From Bacteroides sp. UBA7335 (GTDB lineage: Bacteria; Bacteroidota; Bacteroidia; Bacteroidales; Bacteroidaceae): a stretch of DNA of 56,284 nucleotides. A model generated the notes under the pieces. It was given only the letters and a program-made list of their open reading frames with translations. It did not search any database and was not told the DNA's origin. Location: the NCBI GenBank assembly GCA_002471185.1, contig DKPL01000003.1, positions 1-56,284 of the forward strand, in the 5' to 3' direction. Position 1 is the stretch's first letter. Every line of letters begins with the position of its first letter. Shown here piece by piece: positions 38,911 to 48,651 of the stretch. The position numbers and the translations under genes were made by a program.

Positions 38911-40065
38911 ATGCGGATGAAAACCATTGCTCTTTATGTGTTTCTTTTGTTTTGTGGAGTCGCTTTTGCTCAACAAAGCAAGCAGGCGTATGAGTTCGAA
39001 AAAGACTATCCTGTTTTTCTTGATCGCATAAAGTCGGAACTGACTTATCCACTGGCTTGGGGGAATAGCTCTATTCAAAACTTTGAGTACTGGAAAGACA
39101 GTGCACGCAGTGTGGTGTTTGAGGCTATGCTTACTCCACCTCCGTATGCACCTAGTTTCGATATGGAAGTTGTGGCTGTTGAACAAAGAGAAGGGTATGA
39201 GGCACGTAAAATCAGGTTTAACCTGACCGATTATTCACGAGTGCCAGCCTATGTGCTGGTGCCCAATGGCAAAGGACCGTTTCCCGCTGTGGTTTTGCTG
39301 CACGATCATGGAGCTCATTTTTCTATCGGAAAAGAAAAAATGATTCGTCCTTTTGGGGTTGATTCATTAACCACTGCCGATGCTCACGAGTGGGCAAATC
39401 GATGTTATGAAGATCAGTTTGTAGGCGACTATCTAGCTGCCAATGGTTATGTGGTAATCGCAGTAGATGCCCTGTTTTGGGGTGAAAGAGGACGTAAAGA
39501 GGGAACACGGTACGAAAGTCAACAAGCCATTTCATGTGTGTTTGATATGCTGGGTAGAAGTTGGAGTGCTTTTGTGAATTATGAAGACTTGTACACTACT
39601 GATTTTCTGGCTACATTGCCCGAAGTCAATCGCAATCAAATAGGATGTATCGGCTTTTCTATGGGAGCATATCGTTCGTGGATGCTTTCTGCTTTGTCGG
39701 ATAAGATTAAAGCAGGTGCAGCAATTTGTTGGATGACAACTACCGATGCTCAACTCTCTTCTCAATCTGGTCGTGGTAAAGGGGATTCTAATTATGCTAA
39801 TGTGTTGCCGGGGCTTCGCCGCTATTTAGACTATCCACATATTGCTTCAATTGCTTGTCCAAAACCCATGTTATTCTTTAATGGTCGTTACGATAAATTG
39901 TTTCCGGTGCCTGCTGTTGAAGATGCCTACGCAACCATGCACAAGGTTTGGCAGAGCCAGAATGCGTCAGAAAAACTAGTTACTAAACTGTGGGATGAAC
40001 CTCATGTTTGTAATCGTTCGATGCAAGTAGATATTGTATCATTTTTTAATAAATACTTGAAATAA
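38911..40065 (+). CDS. Secreted alpha/beta hydrolase (dienelactone hydrolase-like esterase)
   Basis: PAVVLLHDHG; nucleophile motif GFSMG; signal peptide. Confidence 0.85.
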   Translation: MRMKTIALYVFLLFCGVAFAQQSKQAYEFEKDYPVFLDRIKSELTYPLAWGNSSIQNFEYWKDSARSVVFEAMLTPPPYAPSFDMEVVAVEQREGYEARKIRFNLTDYSRVPAYVLVPNGKGPFPAVVLLHDHGAHFSIGKEKMIRPFGVDSLTTADAHEWANRCYEDQFVGDYLAANGYVVIAVDALFWGERGRKEGTRYESQQAISCVFDMLGRSWSAFVNYEDLYTTDFLATLPEVNRNQIGCIGFSMGAYRSWMLSALSDKIKAGAAICWMTTTDAQLSSQSGRGKGDSNYANVLPGLRRYLDYPHIASIACPKPMLFFNGRYDKLFPVPAVEDAYATMHKVWQSQNASEKLVTKLWDEPHVCNRSMQVDIVSFFNKYLK

Positions 40066-40088
40066 ACCATACGTAGTAACGTTTATAT

Positions 40089-40136
40089 TACTCCTCATTT
40101 TTCGATGCATAATTGAAATGGGGAGTATTTTGTTTT
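40089..40136 (+). terminator. Terminator after the esterase genes
   Basis: TACTCCTCATTT / AAATGGGGAGTA stem with a T-rich tail. Confidence 0.65.
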
Positions 40137-40406
40137 ATCTACTTATACTTTGATTTTCTGATGAGTTTATAACAAAAAGTACCATGCTTTATTTAAAGTG
40201 AGTTATAGATTATGTCTGTATATTTTGTTGCAGTAAGTGGAATTATTGGTGCTTTATTTTGAGGCCTTCTTGTATTAATTAAATAATATGTCTTTGTAAT
40301 TGCTTACAAAAGTTTACTAAAATGCTCTTAACTACCTGTAAAATAAGGCTAAACCTGTCGTACGCAAACGTTAAATTAGTATCTTTACGGCATGGAATAT
40401 TACAAT

Positions 40407-43400
40407 ATGATGAAAAAGGTCTTATTTCTAATCACTTTTTTAGGTGTAACTTTTGGTCTTAGTGCTCGCCAGAGCAGTTTTTTTACCCACTACTCATCAG
40501 AGGATGGCTTGTCGCAAAACACTGTGATGGGAATGTTGCAAGACCGCAAGGGAAATCTTTGGTTCTCTACTTGGGACGGTATAAACCGTTTCAACGGATA
40601 TGCTTTTAAAACTTATAAAGCAAGACAAGGCAACTATATCAACCTAACAAATAATCGTGTTGATCGTATTTATGAGGATAGTAATGGATTTCTATGGCTA
40701 TTCACATACGATAATCGTGCTCATCGGTTCAACCCTTTGACCGAAACTTTTGAACAGGTTCCGGCTGCTGATCAACCCGGATCAAATTTTAATATTAGTA
40801 CCATCTCTGTACTGCCCAATGGAGTAGTATGGCTGCTAACCGAGAATGATGGTGCAATGCGTGTGGTGACCGACCCTGCCGATAAACATCTTACCACTAA
40901 AACTTATTCGGTTAAGTCGGGATTATTTCCCGCTACCAAAGTTTATAAAGTCCATCAGGACAAGAAAGGCAATGAATGGATGCTTACCGATAACGGTTTA
41001 GGTATGCTACCTGCAGGAGAAGAAAACTTAAACTCTTATTTTGTAGAGACCAAAGAACGCTTTACAGACCCTAAACAAGCTTTTTATACCATTCAAGAAG
41101 GAACTGATGAAATTTGGTTTGGATCTGATCGCGGACGTGTGTGGCGTTATTTGAAAAATAAAGATCGCTTCGAGTTGTTGGAGTTACCAACCAGTGCGCG
41201 TATTAGTTCAATAAACTCCATTTCGCCAACCGAGATGATTGTTGCTACCGACAAAGATGGCTTTTTTACCTATGATTTAACCCAGAGCGACTATAATCAT
41301 TATAAGCCCTATGTTTATCCCGATTTTACTGAAGAACCTATTCTCTCTACCTATGTTGATCGGACCGGTGAAGTGTGGTTTGAACAAGAAACTCCCGGTA
41401 GAGTGTTGCACTTTAACCCACACACTAAAACTCTAAAAGCAGAGCAAATTCGTGTGGAACCTACGGCTGCCGATCGCTCGCGACCTTCGTTCCATATTCA
41501 CGAAGATGTGAATGGATATTTGTGGGTCCACCCTTATGCCGGTGGCTTTTCTCGTTTCGATCGTAAACAAAATAAACTAGTTCCATTCTATAATGAATTA
41601 GGTAGTCCGGAGTGGCGTTTCTCAAACAAAATTCACTCTAGCTTTTCTGATAAGCAGGGTAATCTTTGGATGTCTACTCACTCTAAAGGATTAGAAAAAG
41701 TAACCTTTCGCTCAGTACAGTTTAATATGCTTACTCCTGAGGTGCACGACTATGAATCGCTTGCCAATGAGGTACGTGCTTTGTGCGAAGATAAAAATGG
41801 CAACATCTGGGTGGGGTTGAAAGATGGTCGCTTGCGTATATATGATAGAGATTTAAACTATTTAGGAGTATTGACTGAGCAAGGGCAAATCTCAAAAACC
41901 GGTACTTCAATGAAGGGTACGGTTTACGACATTCGTCAAGATAAGAGTGGTGACATGTGGATAGCAACCAAAGGTGATGGGTTGGTTCACGCCAAAGCCT
42001 CAGGTCGCAATGATTTATCGTTTAATCTATCTCGCTATCGTTATAACAAAAACGATATGTATAGCTTGAGTAGCGATAATGTCTACTCTATCTTCGAAGA
42101 CAAAAATGGTAGAATATGGGTAGCTACGTTTGCCAATGGCATCAACTATTTATCAAAAGATGCCAATGGTAATGTGATTTTTGTAAATCATCGTAATAAC
42201 TTAAAAGGCTATCCTATTGACCAATGCTATAAGGCACGTATTATTACCTCCGACAATAAAGGGCATTTGTGGGTGGGTACTACCGCAGGTGCTGTAGCTT
42301 TCGATGAAGACTTTCAGACTCCCGAGGCGATAAACTTTCACTTGTATCAGCGTACCCCCGATGATACTAAAAGCTTGAGCAATAATGATGTACATTGGAT
42401 TCTATCTACTCGCAAGAATGAGTTGTATTTTGGAACTTTTGGAGGTGGCTTAAATAAGCTCTTGTCGATGGACAATGAGGGAAATGCTGTTTTCAAATCC
42501 TTCTCTGTGCTCGATGGACTCCCTTCGGATGTGTTGTTATCTATTCGCGAAGACAAAAAAGGAAATCTATGGATTAGTACCGAAAACGGAATAAGTAAGT
42601 TTATGCCTCATATGGAGCGCTTTGATAACTATGACGACCGCAGTATAACGTTCCGTGTTCGTTTTAGTGAAGCGGCTTCTACTGTGACTTCACAAGGTGA
42701 GATGTTGTTTGGTGCTAGCAATGGTGTTTTCTACTTTCATCCCGATTCGGTCAATAAGAGTCGTTTTGTACCTCCCATCGTGTTCTCTAAATTGGTGATT
42801 GCCAACAAAGAGATTGTGCCGGGTGATGAATCGGTTTTATCAGTAGGATTGGATGACACTGATGTATTAAAACTTTCGCACAAAGCCAATGTGTTTACCA
42901 TTAATTATGCAGCACTCGACTATACAAACCCACAGAATATTCAGTATGCCTATATTCTAGAAGGTTTTGAAAATGAATGGACTTTGGCTGATAAGCTGCG
43001 TAGTGCTACTTATACAAATTTGCCAAAAGGACATTATACTTTCAAGGTTAGGTCTACCAACAGTGATGGAGTATGGGTTGAAAACACTCGTATGCTTCCT
43101 ATTGAGATATTGCCCTCTTTCTGGGAAACTCCTTTGGCTTATTTCTTATATGTGCTTTTTGTGCTTATAGTAATCTTTGTTGCAGTCTACTTCTTGTTTA
43201 TTATCTATCGCCTTAAACACGAGGTTTCGGTTGAGCAACAAGTGTCTGACATTAAGCTACGTTTCTTTACTAATATATCACACGAGCTTCGTACCCCTTT
43301 GACATTGATTTCGGGACCTGTAGAACATATTCTTCAAAACTCGAATCTTTCGACTGATGTGCGCGAACAGTTGGTGGTGGTAGAACGTAATACCAATCGT

Positions 43401-44882
43401 ATGCTCCGGTTGGTCAATCAAATTCTAGATTTCCGCAAGATTCAGAATAAGAAGATGAAGATGCAAGTTGAACGAATCAACATTATCGACTTTATTCGTA
43501 AGGTGATGGGTAACTTCGAATCGCTGGCCGAAGAGCATAACATTGACTTCTTGCTTGAAGCCGAAAAGGATGATCTTTATTTGTGGGCGGATAGTGATAA
43601 GCTTGAGAAGATTGTTTTCAACTTGTTGTCGAATGCATTCAAATATACTCCTAATGGTAAATTAATTAAAGTATTTGTTCGCGAAGATGAGAAAACCATA
43701 TCCATAGGTGTGCAAGATCAAGGTATTGGTATAGCCGAGAATAGAAAGAAATCTCTTTTTGTTCGTTTCGAAAACTTAGTCGATAAGAACTTATTCAACC
43801 ATGTGCAAGCAAGCACCGGTATCGGACTCTCGCTTGTTAAAGAATTGGTCGAGATGCATCATGCCACTATCAAAGTTGATAGTAAGCTGGGTGAGGGTAG
43901 TTGTTTTGAAATCGATTTCTTGAAAGGAAAAGAACACTATTCGGATGGTGTGGAGTTCTTCTTAGACGATTCGGAATTGGCTGTTTCTCAGCTTACCCCT
44001 GTGCAGGGTGTAGTGCCTGAACAGGGCGAAGAACTATCGAAAGAAGAGGCTAATGATAGCGATGGTGCTACTATGCCATTGATGTTGTTGGTCGAAGATA
44101 ATCAAGAATTAAGCAATTTCTTACGTACCATATTTAGCTCTTCGTTTAGAGTGATACAGGCTAAAGATGGTATGGAGGGATGGAGTAAGGCTTTAAAATT
44201 TGTTCCCGATTTTATCATCAGTGACTTGATGATGCCCGAGAAAGATGGTATCGAGTTGGTTCGTGAGCTTCGTGCCGATATGACTACCAGTCATATTCCT
44301 ATTGTATTGCTCACGGCAAAAACATCAATAGAGAGTAAACTTGAAGGGTTAGAGATGGGGGCTGATGACTATATTACTAAACCATTTAGTGCTACCTACC
44401 TTAAAGCGCGTGTCGAGAATCTTTTGGAACAACGACAAAAGTTGCAACATATCTACCGTGACAACTTGATGAACAACGGCTTTGCCATTCCTGCGCTAAA
44501 CGATGAGGAGGTTTTGGAAGAAGAAGATAAGTTGCCCGAAATGTCACCTAATGATCGTCGCTTTATGGATAAACTTGTAGAGTTGATGGAGCGCAACATG
44601 GATAATGGCGACTTAGTAGTAGATGATTTGGTACGCGAAGTGGCTGTAAGCCGTTCGGTGTTCTTCAAAAAACTAAAAACGATTACCGGTTTGGCTCCCA
44701 TTGAGTTTATCAAAGAAATGCGAATAAACCGTGCCGTGCAATTGATTGAAACAGGAGAGTTTAATATGACACAAATCTCTTATATGGTAGGTATCAACGA
44801 CCCGCGCTACTTTAGTAAGTGCTTTAAAGCAAAAATGGGTATGACTCCTACGGAATATCGTGATAACGTAGTCAAAAAGTAA
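40407..44882 (+). CDS. Hybrid two-component sensor/regulator (HTCS)
   Basis: Reg_prop propeller repeats, Y_Y_Y domain, TM, HisKA (SHELRTPL), HATPase, receiver (SDLMMP) and AraC HTH; start 40392-40410 uncertain. Confidence 0.96.
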   Translation: MMKKVLFLITFLGVTFGLSARQSSFFTHYSSEDGLSQNTVMGMLQDRKGNLWFSTWDGINRFNGYAFKTYKARQGNYINLTNNRVDRIYEDSNGFLWLFTYDNRAHRFNPLTETFEQVPAADQPGSNFNISTISVLPNGVVWLLTENDGAMRVVTDPADKHLTTKTYSVKSGLFPATKVYKVHQDKKGNEWMLTDNGLGMLPAGEENLNSYFVETKERFTDPKQAFYTIQEGTDEIWFGSDRGRVWRYLKNKDRFELLELPTSARISSINSISPTEMIVATDKDGFFTYDLTQSDYNHYKPYVYPDFTEEPILSTYVDRTGEVWFEQETPGRVLHFNPHTKTLKAEQIRVEPTAADRSRPSFHIHEDVNGYLWVHPYAGGFSRFDRKQNKLVPFYNELGSPEWRFSNKIHSSFSDKQGNLWMSTHSKGLEKVTFRSVQFNMLTPEVHDYESLANEVRALCEDKNGNIWVGLKDGRLRIYDRDLNYLGVLTEQGQISKTGTSMKGTVYDIRQDKSGDMWIATKGDGLVHAKASGRNDLSFNLSRYRYNKNDMYSLSSDNVYSIFEDKNGRIWVATFANGINYLSKDANGNVIFVNHRNNLKGYPIDQCYKARIITSDNKGHLWVGTTAGAVAFDEDFQTPEAINFHLYQRTPDDTKSLSNNDVHWILSTRKNELYFGTFGGGLNKLLSMDNEGNAVFKSFSVLDGLPSDVLLSIREDKKGNLWISTENGISKFMPHMERFDNYDDRSITFRVRFSEAASTVTSQGEMLFGASNGVFYFHPDSVNKSRFVPPIVFSKLVIANKEIVPGDESVLSVGLDDTDVLKLSHKANVFTINYAALDYTNPQNIQYAYILEGFENEWTLADKLRSATYTNLPKGHYTFKVRSTNSDGVWVENTRMLPIEILPSFWETPLAYFLYVLFVLIVIFVAVYFLFIIYRLKHEVSVEQQVSDIKLRFFTNISHELRTPLTLISGPVEHILQNSNLSTDVREQLVVVERNTNRMLRLVNQILDFRKIQNKKMKMQVERINIIDFIRKVMGNFESLAEEHNIDFLLEAEKDDLYLWADSDKLEKIVFNLLSNAFKYTPNGKLIKVFVREDEKTISIGVQDQGIGIAENRKKSLFVRFENLVDKNLFNHVQASTGIGLSLVKELVEMHHATIKVDSKLGEGSCFEIDFLKGKEHYSDGVEFFLDDSELAVSQLTPVQGVVPEQGEELSKEEANDSDGATMPLMLLVEDNQELSNFLRTIFSSSFRVIQAKDGMEGWSKALKFVPDFIISDLMMPEKDGIELVRELRADMTTSHIPIVLLTAKTSIESKLEGLEMGADDYITKPFSATYLKARVENLLEQRQKLQHIYRDNLMNNGFAIPALNDEEVLEEEDKLPEMSPNDRRFMDKLVELMERNMDNGDLVVDDLVREVAVSRSVFFKKLKTITGLAPIEFIKEMRINRAVQLIETGEFNMTQISYMVGINDPRYFSKCFKAKMGMTPTEYRDNVVKK

Positions 44883-44888
44883 CAATCG

Positions 44889-44937
44889 AAGTGCTTCATT
44901 TTGTCACGAACTCAATCGTGAAGATGAAGCACTTTTT
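44889..44937 (+). terminator. Terminator after the HTCS
   Basis: AAGTGCTTCAT / ATGAAGCACTT stem followed by a T-run. Confidence 0.75.
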
Positions 44938-45093
44938 GTATGAAGGCGGTGAATAAAGCAGCATGAGTTAAGATAGTTTTTGTAATACAAACTTTGTCAT
45001 CTCGTTGTAAATGTCCATATTTGCCAATATAGAACTTCTTTCGATAAGAGGTCGATTTAAAATCGGTATTTTCCGAATAAATATAACGAAGCA

Positions 45094-45777
45094 ATGAATA
45101 TGATAAATAAGACTTTTATAGGAGTGATTGTTGGCATGGCGATGTCATTTTGTGCTATTTCGGTATCTGCTCAGCAGCAAGCCAAAACGCTGTTTGTGAA
45201 TATGCCAGACTCTCTTCTTCCTTTGCTCACAGCGGTAAATAGAGCCGACTGTATTGATTTTCTTGAAAGCAATATGCAGGCTAAGGTAGAAAACCGTTTT
45301 GGCAAAACAAGTGAGATGACAGCGCTCACAAAAGATTATATCAACTTACAAGTCACTCCGAGCAGTACTTGGCAAATGAAAATGCTTCCTGTGAACGATT
45401 CTACTCAAGTCATCTGTGTCGTATCTACTGTTTGTGCACCGGTTTGTGATAGCGACATTCGCTTTTACGATACTCAATGGAATGTGCTTCCTATCTCGCA
45501 ATTTATGCCAGGCAAACCTTTAGTTAGTGACTTCTTCTCTGTTCCCACAGACTCCGCATCTTACGTAGTCTTTAAAGAGGAAATAGATGCTGTTGATATG
45601 TTATTAACGAAAGCTCAACTATCTGGGGCAGGTGATGAATTAAACCTAGTTTTTACTACACCTGAATACATTGAAAAAGAAACGGCAGAAAAACTTGAAC
45701 CGTTTCTCCGCCGTCAGATTTCGTATGATTGGATTGCTGGTAAATACTTACCCGTGCAAACAACTGTTGATAAATGA
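45094..45777 (+). CDS. DUF3256 family exported protein
   Basis: FVNMPDSLLPLLTAVNRADCIDF and CAPVCDS motifs. Confidence 0.8.
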   Translation: MNMINKTFIGVIVGMAMSFCAISVSAQQQAKTLFVNMPDSLLPLLTAVNRADCIDFLESNMQAKVENRFGKTSEMTALTKDYINLQVTPSSTWQMKMLPVNDSTQVICVVSTVCAPVCDSDIRFYDTQWNVLPISQFMPGKPLVSDFFSVPTDSASYVVFKEEIDAVDMLLTKAQLSGAGDELNLVFTTPEYIEKETAEKLEPFLRRQISYDWIAGKYLPVQTTVDK

Positions 45778-46833
45778 TTTCATCTCTTCATTGTGTGCTT
45801 CTACACTTTGCAATAGTTTGAACTGTGCTTTAGTACGCACCAAGTTGTGTTCGGGATACTTAATTTTGTAATACGTATCGCCATTGATGTAGTCGGCCAA
45901 GAATCTCACACATTGCATATATGGGAATAGAGCCGCTGCATACGGAAGATTTTCTATCTCGATAGGAGTTAGAAATGTAGCTCCTTCTAAGTATCCTTTC
46001 GTAAAGGCCTTAAATATCTCCATATTAAACTCTACGCGACTTAAATCTTTGTCGTCTTCATCGCCAGTGTTGGCTCCTGTGCGCAAAAAATCGCCATAGT
46101 CTGAAAAGATAAAGCTTGGCATCACCGTATCTAAATCGATTACGCAAAGCACCTTGCCATCTTCATCAAACATCATATTGTTCACCTTTGTGTCGCAGTG
46201 GCACACACGCTTAGGTAGCTTGCCTTCGCGGTACAAACGTTCTGCCTTGCACATCTCTTCGGCACGAGCTTCAATTTCGTCAATGTAGTAGCTAACTTCG
46301 CCTAAGCGCCCTGCCGCATTGGCTTTCACCGCATCGCGTAGTTGTTTCAGTCTGAACTCCATGTTGTGGAAGTCGGGGATAGTTTCGCCCAATGTCTCGG
46401 GGATATCGGCCAATTTTGCCTGGAAATCGCCAAATGCCTTACCGGCATAGTATGAATATTCGGGATTGACAGTTTCATAGGTTTTAGCACGTGGAATGAA
46501 AGTCATCATGCGCCAATAGTTATCGCCATCAAACCAGTATGTTTTTCCGTTTTCAGCCGTGATAAAGTGCAATACTTTACGATCGATATCTTCTTCGCCT
46601 TGTTCTTCGAGCTTCTTGCGTATCTGTTTGGTTACAGCAGCAATGTTGCTTTGTAGCATTTCTACATCTTGAAATATGGCATGGTTGATTCGTTGCAATA
46701 CATATTCGGGAGTGTTAGGTTCGGTGGTAGTAACTTTGTAAGTGTCGTTGATAAGTCCACTGCCTAGTGGTTTTATCTCATGAATTGTACCCTGTGTGTT
46801 AAAGTGCGATACAATATCGATTAGTTCTTTCAT
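45748..46833 (-). CDS. APH-family phosphotransferase (N-acetylhexosamine 1-kinase-like)
   Basis: GLINDTY, LQRIN, ETIPDFH, HCDTKVNN and IDLDTVMP motifs. Confidence 0.85.
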   Translation of the reverse strand: MKELIDIVSHFNTQGTIHEIKPLGSGLINDTYKVTTTEPNTPEYVLQRINHAIFQDVEMLQSNIAAVTKQIRKKLEEQGEEDIDRKVLHFITAENGKTYWFDGDNYWRMMTFIPRAKTYETVNPEYSYYAGKAFGDFQAKLADIPETLGETIPDFHNMEFRLKQLRDAVKANAAGRLGEVSYYIDEIEARAEEMCKAERLYREGKLPKRVCHCDTKVNNMMFDEDGKVLCVIDLDTVMPSFIFSDYGDFLRTGANTGDEDDKDLSRVEFNMEIFKAFTKGYLEGATFLTPIEIENLPYAAALFPYMQCVRFLADYINGDTYYKIKYPEHNLVRTKAQFKLLQSVEAHNEEMKSFINSCLHG

Positions 46834-46930
46834 GGTAATTATAATTAAGTTGATGAATAAGCCTTAGTAAGTCTATTTTGCAAATTGCAAAAATAGAAAA
46901 TTCTAGCTTGATGTAGTATTAAAAGGATAT

Positions 46931-46966
46931 AAAAAAAAGAAGATCTGAAAAATCAGATCTTCTTTT
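46931..46966 (-). terminator. Terminator of the tRNA operon
   Basis: AAAAGAAGATCTGA / TCAGATCTTCTTTT stem; the A-run gives a U tail on the minus strand. Confidence 0.85.
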
Positions 46967-46970
46967 CGAG

Positions 46971-47043
46971 AGCGGAAGACGGGGCTCAAACCCGCGACCC
47001 TCAGCTTGGAAGGCTAATGCTCTATCAACTGAGCTACTTCCGC
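46971..47043 (-). tRNA. tRNA-Gly(TCC)
   Basis: 73-nt cloverleaf GCGGAAG...CTTCCGCT with anticodon loop CTTCCAA; CCA not encoded. Confidence 0.95.
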
Positions 47044-47051
47044 AATTTTTG

Positions 47052-47134
47052 TGGGCAAAGATGGATTCGAACCACCGAAGTCGAAAGACAACTGAGTTAC
47101 AGTCAGTCCCATTTGGCCACTCTGGTATTTGCCC
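47052..47134 (-). tRNA. tRNA-Tyr(GTA)
   Basis: 83 nt, GGGCAAA...TTTGCCCA, anticodon loop CTGTAAC, long variable arm, TTCGAAT T-loop. Confidence 0.95.
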
Positions 47135-47171
47135 TTTTGCTTTTGAGATAGTTTGTTTCTCAATTGCGATG

Positions 47172-47202
47172 CAAAGATACAACTATTTATTTAAACTCCA
47201 AA
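47172..47202 (-). promoter_or_regulatory. tRNA operon promoter (-33/-7)
   Basis: Minus strand TTTG near 47199-47202 and TATCTTTG at 47172-47179. Confidence 0.7.
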
Positions 47203-47677
47203 CAAAATCGATCATTTTTATTGCAGTAATTGCACATTCATCTCCTTTGTTGCCAAGTTTACCGCCACATCTGTCCTCTGCTTGTTCCATGGTATTGGTG
47301 GTTATCAAACCGTAAACTACTGGTATATCGCCAATTGCGTTTAAATGGGCAATGCCTTGCGTTACTCCTTGACAAACATAATCAAAATGTGGAGTATCTC
47401 CTCTAACTACACATCCAATGATAATAATTGCATCAAGATCGCAATTTTCTATCATTTGATTGGCTCCAAAAGTTAGTTCGAAACTTCCGGGAACTGCTTT
47501 TACTAGAATGTTTTCTAGTTTGGCACCGTGTTTTGTTAGTGTATTTACTGCTCCGTCCAAAAGTGGTCCGGTAATATTGCTGTTCCATTCAGAAACAACG
47601 ATACCAAATTTCATGCCTTCTGCGCTTGGTACAGAGTTGAAATCATAATCGGATAAATTGTGATAAGCTGTTGCCAT
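47183..47677 (-). CDS. ribH: 6,7-dimethyl-8-ribityllumazine synthase
   Basis: [26 protein letters not shown] and GNKG motifs. Confidence 0.96.
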   Translation of the reverse strand: MATAYHNLSDYDFNSVPSAEGMKFGIVVSEWNSNITGPLLDGAVNTLTKHGAKLENILVKAVPGSFELTFGANQMIENCDLDAIIIIGCVVRGDTPHFDYVCQGVTQGIAHLNAIGDIPVVYGLITTNTMEQAEDRCGGKLGNKGDECAITAIKMIDFVWSLNK

Positions 47678-47726
47678 ATATATAATAATGTATAGGTGAA
47701 TATTTAAATGGGTTTTTATCTAAAAG

Positions 47727-47782
47727 AAGAGAGAGTAAAAAGCCGCTGTCCATGAAGGTACAGAGCCTTTTTACTCTCTCTT
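47727..47782 (-). terminator. Hairpin or terminator after the TPR gene
   Basis: 16-bp inverted repeat AAGAGAGAGTAAAAAG / CTTTTTACTCTCTCTT. Confidence 0.7.
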
Positions 47783-47806
47783 GTTAATCGTTCACTTCCA
47801 GCTTGC

Positions 47807-48490
47807 TTATTTGCTCAACAATTCAGCTTGCTCAATGAACTTATCAATATTCATTGCTTGATAAGATTGGAAGTATTTATCTTTAATTTGATTGTACGCT
47901 TTGATTGCATCAGCATATTTCTTTTGGCTTACGAAGATTTCGCCAGCTTGTTGCAAGAAGATAGGGCTGATGGTATTGCTATTTGCTTTATCTGCAGCTT
48001 TCAATAAACTAGCAGTAGCTTTATCCAACTGTCCTAATTGAGCGTAGCAGTTACCCATTGCTCCGATAACAGCTGCACCAACCATTTGGTCTTTACCGTT
48101 GAAGTCATTCAAATAAGTCAAAGCCTTTTCATATTCGCCCAATTGCGCATAAGAAAGACCAGCATATGCTTTAGCCAAGTTGGCTGCTTTAGTTCCGCTA
48201 TATTGATCAGCTACTTGTAAGAAACCGATATATCCGGCATTGTCACCATTGATAGCCAATTCGTATGCATCTTGTGCAAACAAATCTTGACCTTTAAAAA
48301 GAGCTGCTTGTGCTTTTTCTTCGCGTGGTTCAGCATATAGGTGTTTGTGCATAATGAAACCTACTACGATAACGATTATGGCAATAATACCAATAATAAT
48401 CAGGTTTTTGTTTTTGATAAGGAATGCTTCAGATTGGCTAACTGCATCTTCTACATTCACGTTCCCGTTGTTGTGTTTTTGTTCTGTCAT
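47807..48490 (-). CDS. Membrane-anchored TPR protein (YfgM-like)
   Basis: N-terminal TM segment, YSGTKAANLA and TPR repeats; lies between ribH and recF. Confidence 0.85.
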   Translation of the reverse strand: MTEQKHNNGNVNVEDAVSQSEAFLIKNKNLIIIGIIAIIVIVVGFIMHKHLYAEPREEKAQAALFKGQDLFAQDAYELAINGDNAGYIGFLQVADQYSGTKAANLAKAYAGLSYAQLGEYEKALTYLNDFNGKDQMVGAAVIGAMGNCYAQLGQLDKATASLLKAADKANSNTISPIFLQQAGEIFVSQKKYADAIKAYNQIKDKYFQSYQAMNIDKFIEQAELLSK

Positions 48491-48651
48491 TATTATATGA
48501 TTTTTTTGTTATTATTCGTCAATGGATATTTAGACTCGCAAAAGTAATTGTTTTATGACTATCTATGAAATTTCAAACTATCTTTTTTTGTTTCTCAGGA
48601 CGTTAAACGGCGAATTCTTGCTAATTTTGCAACCTAATATCGGATGTAGAC

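Noticed and set aside
44912-45094. 60-aa minus-strand ORF after the HTCS
   Set aside because: It runs into the HTCS terminator, abuts the DUF3256 start and has no recognisable motif.
46834-47043. Integrative element at the tRNA-Gly 3' end
   Set aside because: No integrase and no duplicated tRNA 3' end were seen; a normal terminator follows.
46919-47315. ORFs 46919-47182 and 47049-47315
   Set aside because: They are shadows of the two tRNA genes and ribH.
47678-47806. FMN riboswitch upstream of ribH
   Set aside because: No RFN consensus (AGGGCGGGGTGAAATTCCC-like) is present, only a simple hairpin.
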